Shown here one piece after another: positions 38,535 through 48,384 of a stretch of 64,000 nt of DNA (position 1 is the first letter of the stretch; each line of letters opens with the position of its first letter). The DNA is from an uncultured Anaerolinea sp. (GTDB lineage: Bacteria; Chloroflexota; Anaerolineae; Anaerolineales; Villigracilaceae). The notes below the pieces were generated by a model. The model ran no database searches and was not told the DNA's origin. It worked only from the letters and a program-made list of their open reading frames with translations. The position numbers and the translations under genes are program-made. The stretch lies in NCBI GenBank assembly GCA_964563315.1, contig CAZLWG010000006.1:5198-69197 (forward strand), in the 5' to 3' direction.

Positions 38535-39551
38535 ATGGCTCGAATCGTTGTAGACGCAATGGGAAGCGATGACCATCCCACGCCGGATGTCGTTGGCGCA
38601 GTACAGGCAGCGCGTGAATACGGAGCAGAGATCATTCTTGTCGGAGATGAATCGAAGATAAAACCCGTTCTCGACGCACAAAACACACAAGGGTTGAACG
38701 TCCGTATTGTTCATGCTCCCGAGATGTTGACCATGGATGACAAGGGCGAGGAATTGGTTCTGAAAGCCCGCGCAAAGGATTCGCAGAATTCGATGGCAGT
38801 CGGCATGGATCTGATAAAAAGTGGCGAAGCGGATGCATTCGTTTCCGCAGGAAACACCGGTGCAGGCATGGTCACCGCTCTGTTCCGCCTCGGACGCATC
38901 CGTGGAGTTGATCGTCCAGCCTTGGCCCCCGTCTTCCCGACAGCGACAGGCTCGTGCGTTGTGCTCGATATCGGCGCCAATCCCGATTGCAAACCAGAGA
39001 ATCTTATGCAATTCGGCATCCTCGGCAGCATTTACGCTGAAAAAGTACGCGGCGTGAAAAATCCGAAAGTGGGTTTGATATCCAACGGTGAAGAGGAGGG
39101 TAAAGGCAACGAACTGGTAAAAGCCACCACGCCGCTGTTCAAATCATCCGGCTTGAATTATTTCGGCAATGTCGAAGGGAAGGAAGTCATCGGCGGCAAA
39201 GTGGATGTAGCCGTAACAGACGGCTTTACAGGCAATGTCATGCTCAAATCATCCGAAGCGGTTGCCAAGCTCATCACGGACAAGATCAAGGAGATCATCA
39301 AGAATGCCGGCATCCTGACCAAGATCGGCGGTCTGCTAGTGAAACCCGCTCTGGGTGAGATCAAAAAACTGCTCGATCCGAACGAACACGGCGCAGCTCC
39401 GCTGCTCGGCGTGAACGGACTTGTCTTTATCGCGCATGGGCGCTCGGATGCGAACGCCATCAAGAACGCGGTCCGCGTGGCAAAGAACGCCGTGGAAGTG
39501 AAAGTGCTCGATGCAATGAAATCAGCCATTGAAGAAAGTTTAAAGAAATAA
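38535..39551 (+). CDS. plsX: phosphate acyltransferase PlsX
   Basis: IVVDAMGSD, FVSAGNTGA, RPALA, LDIGANPD, NGEEEGKGN, TDGFTGNVMLK, GAAPLLGVNG, AHGRS; AGGAG RBS before the ATG at 38535. Confidence 0.96.
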   Translation: MARIVVDAMGSDDHPTPDVVGAVQAAREYGAEIILVGDESKIKPVLDAQNTQGLNVRIVHAPEMLTMDDKGEELVLKARAKDSQNSMAVGMDLIKSGEADAFVSAGNTGAGMVTALFRLGRIRGVDRPALAPVFPTATGSCVVLDIGANPDCKPENLMQFGILGSIYAEKVRGVKNPKVGLISNGEEEGKGNELVKATTPLFKSSGLNYFGNVEGKEVIGGKVDVAVTDGFTGNVMLKSSEAVAKLITDKIKEIIKNAGILTKIGGLLVKPALGEIKKLLDPNEHGAAPLLGVNGLVFIAHGRSDANAIKNAVRVAKNAVEVKVLDAMKSAIEESLKK

Positions 39552-39552
39552 A

Positions 39553-40248
39553 ATGAAGATCATCAAAAACGAAAAACTCATCAATCGGAACGGGAAAATC
39601 GGTCAATGGATGAGTCTTGGGGCGCTGGTCGTCCTCGGACTGGGCATGTACATTTCCTTTACCAAGCCTGAATTATTCACCTATTCGCTGATCTGTCTCG
39701 CTGTCGGATTTATCATGACCCAAGTGGGCATGTACATGGGAACCCGTTACGGGCGCTCCCCCCGTCCCGACGAAAAGCTGGATGCGGGGCTAAAAGGCAC
39801 ACACAGCGAATTCAGCATCTATCATTATTCATCGCCGGCACCTCACTTGTTAGTGGGGCCAGCCGGCGTTTTGGTCGTTCATCCCATTCACCAGGGCGGC
39901 CGGATCTATTATGAAAAAAACCGCTGGAAAGCAAAAGGCGGCGGTTTCATGCAATCCTACATGCGGGTTTTTGGTCAGGAAGGGCTTGGGCGCCCGGACA
40001 TTGAAGCGGAAGGCGAAGTCCAGGCGGTGAGAAGATTCCTCGAAAAAAAGGTGGAAGGCACAAACGTCCCTGAGGTAAAGCCTATTTTAGTGTTCACAAA
40101 TGACCAGGTCGAGTTGGAGGCGGGAGCCTCACCCCTGCCTGCGATGAAACTCAAACAGTTCAAGGAATTCCTGCGGCAGGAAGCAAAGAAGCGCTTTTTG
40201 TCCACCAGCCAGATCTCGGAAATCACTAAAGTTTTGGTTAAAGAATGA
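39553..40248 (+). CDS. membrane-anchored hypothetical protein (NERD-like C-terminal domain)
   Basis: Two N-terminal TMs, then HLLVGPAGVLVV...KPILVFTN, resembling NERD nuclease-related domains. Confidence 0.55.
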   Translation: MKIIKNEKLINRNGKIGQWMSLGALVVLGLGMYISFTKPELFTYSLICLAVGFIMTQVGMYMGTRYGRSPRPDEKLDAGLKGTHSEFSIYHYSSPAPHLLVGPAGVLVVHPIHQGGRIYYEKNRWKAKGGGFMQSYMRVFGQEGLGRPDIEAEGEVQAVRRFLEKKVEGTNVPEVKPILVFTNDQVELEAGASPLPAMKLKQFKEFLRQEAKKRFLSTSQISEITKVLVKE

Positions 40249-41627
40249 AGTTCAAAAACATCCTGCAAAATATTCATGAAATTGGATTAAAGCTGCAAAT
40301 CCATAAATATTCCCTGGCAGTCCTTGGAATTATCCTGTTTGGCATTATGTTGCGCATCAATTTATATGGAGATCCACGCCTTTCCATCGCTGGGAATGAT
40401 ACTCAAAGCTATGTGGACGCATCCCAAGCGCCGTTATTCTCAAAGGAAATCATGACGGGCAGGCGGCTGCTCACGACAAACCTTGTGTATAAAATCTTCG
40501 AGCCGGAGGAAGGCTACCAGATTACTGTCAATGGCTCCATCGAAACGACAAGACGGGCAATACAACCGGGATTCGACCGGATCACGATCTTTCAGCTCAT
40601 CATATCCGTTGTTGGATGGGGCGCTCTGGCATTTGTGACTGCAGAGTTTCTTAAAGACCCGCTCATGAAAATCTTGGGGTCGGTTTTCGTATTGATGTTT
40701 GCCTTCACGCCGCAAATGGCGGACTGGGATAGCATCCTCATGTCGGAATCTTTGACATTTTCCCTATTTGCGCTTCAACTTGCTTTTGCAATCAAAATAG
40801 TCTTTTCGCTGTACAGAAACCCCAATGCTGATATAAGACCGTGGTTCATCAGTTGGGCTGTTGTTTTCTTTTTCTGGGTGTTCCTGCGCGACTCGAACTT
40901 GCTGGCTGCCATTGCCACAATATTTGTCCTTTCAGGATCCCTAGTTTTTCAAAATTATCGAAAGAACAAATACATATACACCGGTATAATTTTACTAGTG
41001 ATTATAACCGCTCTTGGGATAGCAACTTCAACCAATAGCATACGTTCGCAAGTACAAATCGCCAACATTTACAAAGATGACATTTTTTCCGATAGAGGAC
41101 TTATATCTATCTTCAAGGATCTTGGAATGCCGCAGCCGGATTCTGCCGAGTATCGGGCATGGTTCAAGAAAAATGGAGCGAGAACACTGTTTCGCTTCAT
41201 GCTCTCTCACCCGGGGTATTCAATAACGAAAATCATCCGTGATTTTCCTCAAACTTTCACTGAAATCAAACAAACTTATTTCAAGGTGCCTGAGTTGGGA
41301 AAGGCCCGCGAATCCCTGTCACTCATCGGTGATGCTCTTCATCCAGAAGAAACAACACCATTTCTGATAGGAGGGCTCCTTTTAGCAGGAATTTCATATC
41401 TTGCAATCCCGAATACGGATTTCCTTATCCGCCCTTGGACATGGATTGCCATCTGGCTTTTCCTCACTGCGAGCGCCACAATGATTCCAACCATTCTTGG
41501 CGATACCTGGGCGCTTAACCGTCACGCTCTTTTTTCCACCATGATCTATCGCCTTTGCATGTGGCTGTTCCCTATTATCATCCTGGATATAGCAGTGGAA
41601 CGAACTTCTGCTGCAAATAACCCGTAG
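40245..41627 (+). CDS. multi-TM hypothetical protein, GT-C-like (paralog 1)
   Basis: GNDTQSY loop after TM1, WDSILMSESL, LRDSN; about 11 TMs. Confidence 0.6.
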   Translation: MKFKNILQNIHEIGLKLQIHKYSLAVLGIILFGIMLRINLYGDPRLSIAGNDTQSYVDASQAPLFSKEIMTGRRLLTTNLVYKIFEPEEGYQITVNGSIETTRRAIQPGFDRITIFQLIISVVGWGALAFVTAEFLKDPLMKILGSVFVLMFAFTPQMADWDSILMSESLTFSLFALQLAFAIKIVFSLYRNPNADIRPWFISWAVVFFFWVFLRDSNLLAAIATIFVLSGSLVFQNYRKNKYIYTGIILLVIITALGIATSTNSIRSQVQIANIYKDDIFSDRGLISIFKDLGMPQPDSAEYRAWFKKNGARTLFRFMLSHPGYSITKIIRDFPQTFTEIKQTYFKVPELGKARESLSLIGDALHPEETTPFLIGGLLLAGISYLAIPNTDFLIRPWTWIAIWLFLTASATMIPTILGDTWALNRHALFSTMIYRLCMWLFPIIILDIAVERTSAANNP

Positions 41628-41634
41628 AGCAATA

Positions 41635-43014
41635 ATGAAGTTTATTAAGAATGGTTGGGCTGCAAACCTTGTAATCATATTGATACTAGTGACCGGCTCG
41701 TGGCTGCGCGCAAGCTGGTACGGCGATCTGCGCCTTTCCATCGCCAATGCCGAAACAGATAGTTACATCAACTCATCGAGGGCGCCGGTGTTTTCATGGC
41801 AGATCTTTGCAGGGCAGCGGCTGTTTACCACAAACTTGATTTTCAAAATGGCCAACGATGCAGCCGATTGTCCCATCACTTCCTACGGGCAACCCGGGCT
41901 TGGAAAGGAGGACTTTCGCAGGGTTCAGCCATGTTTCGACAAGATCGCCCTGCTTCAAAATTTCCTTTCGATAATCGGATGGGCATTTCTGGCGTGGATG
42001 GTTGCCAAACAATTGAAAAATCCCCTGATAAAGATCATTGCCGCATCTGTCATCATCATTTTTGGTTTTACACCGCAAATCGCCGAATGGGACAGCGTGC
42101 TCAGTCCTGAGTCGCTTTCGCTTTCGATGTTTGCAATTACGCTGGGAATCGCGCTGGAACTTGTCCTTCACGCCGCAAATTCCGAAACACCGCTGAGAAC
42201 AGGGCGGGAAAAACTCCTGCTTGCGGCCCTGATCGTCTTCTTCCTGCTATGGGTGTTTGTGAGGGATGTGCATCTATACGCCATCCCGGTCATACTGGTT
42301 CTGCTTGTCCCGCTCTTCTTTATAAATAAAATACGTGAATCAAAAACACTTCCTATTGTATTTGCCGTCTTGCTATTCTTTTTCGTGATCGGATACACTT
42401 CTGCCCGCGACAGCCTCCGCGCAACACGCTTTCCATTAATGAATTCATTGGATGAGTACATTTGGCCCCATCCAGCACGCGTGGACTTTTTCAAACAATA
42501 TGGTATGCCCGAAAAAGACGACCCGGATTATAAAAAGGCACCGATATATCAAGCCTGGGCAGATGAACACGCCGCAAAAGCGTACGCAATGTTCCTTGTC
42601 ACCCACCCTGGGTTCGTTGTGACAACTCTCTGGGAAAACCTGGACCAGATCAGTTCCGATTTCGTTCAACCCTATTTTTTCACACCGGAAGTAAAGAACA
42701 GGGAATTTCTTCTTAATATTGGCACAATACTCCACCCCGAGACACCATCCGTTTACCTCATCGGTTCCTTTTTACTTCTTGCATTTATCATTCATTCCAT
42801 CCAGCTTCGCACACCAGCAATCTCCGCCTGGGCATGGTTGGCAGTATTTGTAGTTGGTACTGCATCGGCAACCCTCTTCATCAGCTACTTCGGAGACATT
42901 GCCGGGCTGCGCAGGCATATCATGCCGTCCGTGGAAATGTTCCGGCTTTTTATTTGGATTTTCATGATGCCCTTCCTTGATCTGTCTCATAAGCAAAAAG
43001 AACAAGCAAATTAA
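41635..43014 (+). CDS. multi-TM hypothetical protein, GT-C-like (paralog 2)
   Basis: NAETDSY loop, WDSVLSPESL, VRDVH; same architecture as the upstream gene. Confidence 0.6.
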   Translation: MKFIKNGWAANLVIILILVTGSWLRASWYGDLRLSIANAETDSYINSSRAPVFSWQIFAGQRLFTTNLIFKMANDAADCPITSYGQPGLGKEDFRRVQPCFDKIALLQNFLSIIGWAFLAWMVAKQLKNPLIKIIAASVIIIFGFTPQIAEWDSVLSPESLSLSMFAITLGIALELVLHAANSETPLRTGREKLLLAALIVFFLLWVFVRDVHLYAIPVILVLLVPLFFINKIRESKTLPIVFAVLLFFFVIGYTSARDSLRATRFPLMNSLDEYIWPHPARVDFFKQYGMPEKDDPDYKKAPIYQAWADEHAAKAYAMFLVTHPGFVVTTLWENLDQISSDFVQPYFFTPEVKNREFLLNIGTILHPETPSVYLIGSFLLLAFIIHSIQLRTPAISAWAWLAVFVVGTASATLFISYFGDIAGLRRHIMPSVEMFRLFIWIFMMPFLDLSHKQKEQAN

Positions 43015-43038
43015 CATTAATGGTACACTTGTTCTAAC

Positions 43039-45837
43039 ATGACAACCATCGTATCGCTCGACATCGAATCCACCGGTCTGGATGAAAACCGCGAAGCCAT
43101 CATTGAGATTGCCGCCGTCAAATTCAACGGGCGGCGCGTGGAAGATGAATTCAACACCCTTATCAATCCCGGAAAACACATACCCGATTTCATCACAGGG
43201 CTGACAGGCATCGATGATGCGATGGTGCGTCAGGCGCCCCGCCTGCGCGACATCGCCCACGAACTTACTGCTTTCGTAGGCGATGCACCCATCCTTGGGC
43301 ATAACGTCAAATTCGATATCGGATTCCTGCGCAAGGCGGGACTATTCGAATTCCAACAAACCCTCGACACGTACGAACTTGCATCCGTCTTGCTCCCCGC
43401 TGCCAGCCGTTACAACCTCGGCGCGCTCGGGCAGCAACTGGGCATACCGCTTCCCGCTACACACCGCGCACTCGACGACGCCCGCGTCACGCATGCCTGC
43501 TATGTGCGTCTGCTCGACTTGGCTCGCGAACTCCCGCTCGAAACCCTGCAGGAGATCGTCGAGCTTGGCAATTATGTGGATTGGGATGCAGGGTGGGCAT
43601 TCGAACAAGCCTTGCATGCCCGCGTAAAGGAAGGAATCAAACCCAAGCGGACATCCCGCGCTTCCACCCACAAGCCTGCACTTGACCCAACGGCCCAAAG
43701 AGACTCCCCGCCGATACAACGCACCGAAGAGCCGCTTCCGCTTGACCCCGAAGAAGTCGCTTCCATCCTGGAGTACGGCGGACCTTTCTCTGAATATTTT
43801 GAATCCTATGAGCACCGCACCGAACAGGTGGAAATGCTCAAGGCAGTTACAGATGCCTTATCCACAGGCGGTCATTTAATGGTGGAAGCGGGAACAGGGG
43901 TGGGAAAATCCTTCGCCTATCTTGTGCCGGCCGCGTTGTTTGCCTACAACAACAATACGCGCGTGGTGGTTTCCACAAATACCATCAACCTGCAGGATCA
44001 ACTCATCAAAAAAGATATTCCCGACCTGCAAGCCGCTCTCCAATTGAGAGTGCGCGCCGCCGTGATGAAGGGACGCGTCAACTACCTCTGTCCGCGCAAG
44101 GTTGGTTACATGCGTTCGCATGGGCCCGCCAACGCCAACGAGATGCGCGTTCTGGCAAAGATCATCGTTTGGCAGTTGGAGAACACCAGCGGCGACCGGA
44201 ACGAACTAAATCTCACAGGACCCATCGAACGCGAGGTCTGGTCAAGGCTGTCAGCGGAGGATGATGCCTGCACAACAGAAACCTGCCTCGGTCGAATGGG
44301 AGGCGTTTGTCCGTTCCATCGAGCAAAACAGGCGGCGCAAAATTCCCATCTGCTGATCGTAAACCATGCCCTGCTTCTTTCCGATGTTTCGACCGGCAGC
44401 AAAGTTCTACCGGAATACGATTACGTCATCATCGACGAAGCGCATCACATGGAGTCGGCAGTGACAAATGCGCTTTCATTCCGCATGACTCAAAACGACC
44501 TGGATCGCATGTTGAAGGAGTTGGGCGGATCATCGGCGGGATTGCTCGGCAGAATGCTGACAGACACGCACGACGCGCTTCGCCCTTCGGACTTCGGGTT
44601 GCTCCAACAAAAATCAAAGCGAGCCACCGACCAGGCATTTCGGCTCGATCAACTCTCGAAGGAATTTTTCAGTTATCTGGGCGAATTCATCGCTGTGCAG
44701 CGCGAGGGGCAGCAACAGAATAACTATGCCTGGCAAATGCGCATCACCCCTGCCGCGCGGACACTGCAGGGTTGGGACGACCTCGAAATGTTATGGGGGC
44801 AGGTCAGTGAAACAATGACCCATCTGCTGAAAACGCTCGACGAGATTTACAAGTCTCTCGGCGAACTGTATAACGATGGTCATGACAACGTGGAAGATGT
44901 AATGGGCAGCATTGGCACACTCGTCCGCCGTATGACGGAGGCAGAGACCGCCGCCTCCGGGATGATGCATAAACCATCGAATGAGTTGATCTATTGGATC
45001 GAAGTCAATCCGCGCGGGGAGAAATTATCTCTAAACGCCGCGCCGTTGCGGGTGGGTCCGTTGGTACAAAAGCATCTTTGGTACGAAAAAGCCAGCGTCA
45101 TCATGGCGTCCGCCACGATGACCACGCACGGCGACTTCGGCTACGCCCGCCGCACGCTCGCCGCCGATGAAGTGGACGTACTTTCGCTCGGTTCGCCTTT
45201 TGATTACGAATCCAGCACTTTGCTTTACGTCGCCAACGACATGCCCGAACCGAACAATTTCAATTATCAACAGGCTCTCGACCGCGCCATCATCTCCACC
45301 GCCAAAGCCACCGGCGGACGGATGCTTGTGCTGTTCACGTCCTATTCCGCTTTAAAAAAGACCGCGCAAGCCATCACAGGTCCTCTGGCGCGCGAGGATA
45401 TTTTCGTCTATGAACAGGGTGAAGGGGCATCGCCGAATGCCCTGCTGGAGTCGTTCAAAACAACAGAAAGAGCAGTTCTGCTCGGCACACGTTCATTCTG
45501 GGAAGGGGTGGACGTGCCGGGCAATGCGCTCTCGGTGGTCGTCATTACCAAACTGCCTTTTGACGTGCCCTCCGACCCGATCATCTCGGCTCGTTCCGAA
45601 CTGTACGAAGATTCATTCAACGAATATTATCTCCCTGAAGCGATTCTGAAATTCCGACAAGGTTTTGGGCGCCTGATTCGCACTGCGTCCGACAGGGGCG
45701 TGGTTGCCATCCTGGACCGCCGTGTGCTGACCAAGCAATACGGCAGGCTCTTCCTCGAATCCCTGCCGCCGTGTACTGCGCGCCAAGGCCCTGTATCGGG
45801 GTTGGCAAAGGTGGCTGGCGATTGGCTGGGAGTGTAG
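43039..45837 (+). CDS. dinG: DEDDh 3'-5' exonuclease fused to a DinG-family Fe-S helicase
   Basis: LDIESTG, GHNVKFD, HRALDDA; EAGTGVGKS, IIDEAHH, Fe-S cysteines (YLCP, DAC, ETC, VCP), SFWEGVDVPG, QGFGRLIR. Confidence 0.92.
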   Translation: MTTIVSLDIESTGLDENREAIIEIAAVKFNGRRVEDEFNTLINPGKHIPDFITGLTGIDDAMVRQAPRLRDIAHELTAFVGDAPILGHNVKFDIGFLRKAGLFEFQQTLDTYELASVLLPAASRYNLGALGQQLGIPLPATHRALDDARVTHACYVRLLDLARELPLETLQEIVELGNYVDWDAGWAFEQALHARVKEGIKPKRTSRASTHKPALDPTAQRDSPPIQRTEEPLPLDPEEVASILEYGGPFSEYFESYEHRTEQVEMLKAVTDALSTGGHLMVEAGTGVGKSFAYLVPAALFAYNNNTRVVVSTNTINLQDQLIKKDIPDLQAALQLRVRAAVMKGRVNYLCPRKVGYMRSHGPANANEMRVLAKIIVWQLENTSGDRNELNLTGPIEREVWSRLSAEDDACTTETCLGRMGGVCPFHRAKQAAQNSHLLIVNHALLLSDVSTGSKVLPEYDYVIIDEAHHMESAVTNALSFRMTQNDLDRMLKELGGSSAGLLGRMLTDTHDALRPSDFGLLQQKSKRATDQAFRLDQLSKEFFSYLGEFIAVQREGQQQNNYAWQMRITPAARTLQGWDDLEMLWGQVSETMTHLLKTLDEIYKSLGELYNDGHDNVEDVMGSIGTLVRRMTEAETAASGMMHKPSNELIYWIEVNPRGEKLSLNAAPLRVGPLVQKHLWYEKASVIMASATMTTHGDFGYARRTLAADEVDVLSLGSPFDYESSTLLYVANDMPEPNNFNYQQALDRAIISTAKATGGRMLVLFTSYSALKKTAQAITGPLAREDIFVYEQGEGASPNALLESFKTTERAVLLGTRSFWEGVDVPGNALSVVVITKLPFDVPSDPIISARSELYEDSFNEYYLPEAILKFRQGFGRLIRTASDRGVVAILDRRVLTKQYGRLFLESLPPCTARQGPVSGLAKVAGDWLGV

Positions 45838-46128
45838 CAATAGATAAATTTTGATCGCCACTTAAATCAGGCGCACCACCCCAAATTTAAAGAACGCGAG
45901 GAGTGAGGTTGAACATCGAGCCAAGTAAAGAAAGAACAATGCGAAGACAATAGATGCTTGAAACGATTTTGTGTGTCTCCATATTGCGACTTGCTAGTTT
46001 TTTTCTACTCTGCTTGTACCCTTATCCATGAACAGACCTCCGGTCTAGTTCGTGTTTCTCACAAAAAACCTAACCGGAAGGTCTGCTTCTTATCGGGCTG
46101 CCCTATTTCTTAGTTAATCATCTTTTTA

Positions 46129-47409
46129 TTATTCTGTTTCGCGGGTGATGTGGGCGCCGAGCAAGCGTAGTTTTTCGTCAACTTTTTCGTATCCCCTCTC
46201 GATTTGTACAATATTTCTTATCGTCGATGTCCCTTCGGCTGCCAATGCGGCGAGAAGCAACGCCATGCCTGCCCGTATGTCGGGGCTTTCCAACTTCTCT
46301 GCATAAAGTTGGGTGGGACCCTGGACAAGGCACCTGTAAGGATCGCATAAGATGATCCGCGCACCCATGCCCACCAATTTATCGGTAAAGTACATTCTTC
46401 CGGAAAACATCCAGTCATGAAAGAGTACCGAGCCGGATATCTGAGTGGCAACGGTGATGGCAATACTTGTCAGATCGGTGGGGAAAGCAGGCCAAACATT
46501 TGTTTTGATCTCCGGCACAGCTCCATCGAGATCAGGGAGAACTTTCAAGGATTGTTCCGATGGAACAAAGATATCCTCTCCTTCAACATCCCAGTGGACT
46601 CCGAGGCGATGAAAAACCTGCTTCACCATTTCAAGATGCGGCACGCCTGCGTTCCGGACGCGGATACTCCCGCGCGTGACAACAGCGGCGCCGATGTAAC
46701 TGACCACTTCCAATAGATCAGGTCCGATCGCATATTCACCGCCATGAAGGTGATCCACGCCCTTGATCCGCAGCGTATTCGAACCGATTCCATCGATTCG
46801 CGCGCCAAGCAGATTTAGAAAATTGCACAATTCCTGTACGTGCGGTTCGGATGCGGCATTGCGAATAAGCGTTTCGCCTTTCGCCAACACGGCCGCCATC
46901 ACAGCGTTTTCAGAGGCAGTGACACTTGCCTCATCCAAAAGAATATTCGCGCCATGCAGTCCATTCGATCGGATATCAAACTCGCGGTTGTAAGAGATGT
47001 CCGCCCCCAATCCGCGCAGGGCAAGAATATGCGTATCCAACCGGCGGCGGCCAATTACATCTCCGCCCGGAGGAGGGAGGCGGATCTCACCTGCCCGGGC
47101 GACGACGGGGCCCGCAATGAGAATCGAAGCCCGAATACGGCGGCACAGGTCCGGGTCCAAGTGAGAGGCGGAGAGGTCGCGGGTTGTAATCCGCCAGGTC
47201 GTGGCATCCATCTCCTCCACGACGGCGCCCAGGTTCTCGATCAGTTTTCGCATTGCAAGAACATCCCGAATCTGGGGGATGTTGTGAAGAATAACTGGTT
47301 CCGCAGTCAACAGACATGCGGCAAGCAGGGGCAACGCGGCATTTTTATTTCCCGAAGGGGTAATCTCGCCCTTCAGTGGAATCCCCCCCTTAATGACAAA
47401 TTCTTCCAT
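46129..47409 (-). CDS. murA: UDP-N-acetylglucosamine 1-carboxyvinyltransferase, Cys-to-Asp active-site variant
   Basis: GNKNAALPLLAA, RASILIAGP, PGGDVIGRRRLDTH, ASVTASEN, EPHV, FPTD, SPDIRAG, RGYE; GAGGAG RBS. Confidence 0.95.
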   Translation of the reverse strand: MEEFVIKGGIPLKGEITPSGNKNAALPLLAACLLTAEPVILHNIPQIRDVLAMRKLIENLGAVVEEMDATTWRITTRDLSASHLDPDLCRRIRASILIAGPVVARAGEIRLPPPGGDVIGRRRLDTHILALRGLGADISYNREFDIRSNGLHGANILLDEASVTASENAVMAAVLAKGETLIRNAASEPHVQELCNFLNLLGARIDGIGSNTLRIKGVDHLHGGEYAIGPDLLEVVSYIGAAVVTRGSIRVRNAGVPHLEMVKQVFHRLGVHWDVEGEDIFVPSEQSLKVLPDLDGAVPEIKTNVWPAFPTDLTSIAITVATQISGSVLFHDWMFSGRMYFTDKLVGMGARIILCDPYRCLVQGPTQLYAEKLESPDIRAGMALLLAALAAEGTSTIRNIVQIERGYEKVDEKLRLLGAHITRETE

Positions 47410-47535
47410 TTGTGTTCTCCTCGACAACAATCAGGATTGTAAGGTGGTTTCATTAATCCGTCAAAAACATTACAGTTGGCTTACACACCAAAAGACGAAT
47501 TGCACTACATTTCAATCGGATTATAATCAAACTGA

Positions 47536-48324
47536 ATGGATGTGTCTTTGTTGGTTCCTCTGTTAATGGGATGGTGCGCCGGTTTGATGGCTAACTATCT
47601 TGCGGATGTGCTGCCCATCACAAGGAGTTTCAGCCAGCCTGCCTGCCCGCAGTGCAATACACCTTTTTCGTGGAAGACCTACCTGCTCCTCCGCCCGTGC
47701 AATAACGGACACGCGCGCAAGATGCGGGTATGGATTACCCAATTCATCATCACCGCATTCAGCATCTATATCTGGATTCAACCACCTTTGAACCTTGGGT
47801 ACTGGCTTGGACTTCTGGTACTTGCATATTTTGGAATGGTTTTTGTGATCGACATGGAACATCGCCTGATCCTCCATCCGACCAGTATGTTCGGCTCTGT
47901 ACTTGGACTTGGAGTTGGCCTGATTTCTCACGGGCTACTACCCACCCTTCTCGGCGGGTTGGGCGGCTTCGTCATCATGCTGATCTTTTACTATATGGGA
48001 GTCTTCTTTTCCCGCCTTCGGGCAAGACGAATGCGTGCCCAGGGACGGGAAGCCGATGACGAAGAGGCGCTTGGAGCCGGAGACGTCATCCTTGCCGCAA
48101 TCTTAGGCTTGATGCTCGGATGGCCCCTGATCTGGTTTTGTCTGTTATTGGGAATCCTGCTCGGCGGAATTTCCGGCGCAATACTGGTATTATTCATGCT
48201 CGTCGTTAGAAAGTACAAGGAAAACGTACTTATGGTGTTCATGCCGTATGGTCCCTTTTTCATTACAAGCGCATTTCTTATCCTCTTTTTGCCGAATCTA
48301 ATCGCAGCCATAGTCCCAAAGTAA
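47536..48324 (+). CDS. prepilin peptidase (A24 family)
   Basis: CPQC zinc motif, VIDMEHRLI and LGAGDVIL catalytic aspartate motifs, MPYGPFF. Confidence 0.88.
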   Translation: MDVSLLVPLLMGWCAGLMANYLADVLPITRSFSQPACPQCNTPFSWKTYLLLRPCNNGHARKMRVWITQFIITAFSIYIWIQPPLNLGYWLGLLVLAYFGMVFVIDMEHRLILHPTSMFGSVLGLGVGLISHGLLPTLLGGLGGFVIMLIFYYMGVFFSRLRARRMRAQGREADDEEALGAGDVILAAILGLMLGWPLIWFCLLLGILLGGISGAILVLFMLVVRKYKENVLMVFMPYGPFFITSAFLILFLPNLIAAIVPK

Positions 48325-48384
48325 GATTACTTGAAATCATCCTTTATGGTAATAAAGCACATGAGACCTGAACAGGAAAATCGT

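Noticed and set aside
45860-45982. 31-aa minus-strand ORF (METHKIVSS...)
   Set aside because: No RBS or promoter support and no recognisable motif.
46033-46085. c-di-GMP-I (GEMM) riboswitch
   Set aside because: CCTCCGGTCTA resembles the P2 arm, but the GGCAAA/GNRA P1 hairpin and GCAAA junction are absent and no gene starts downstream on that strand.
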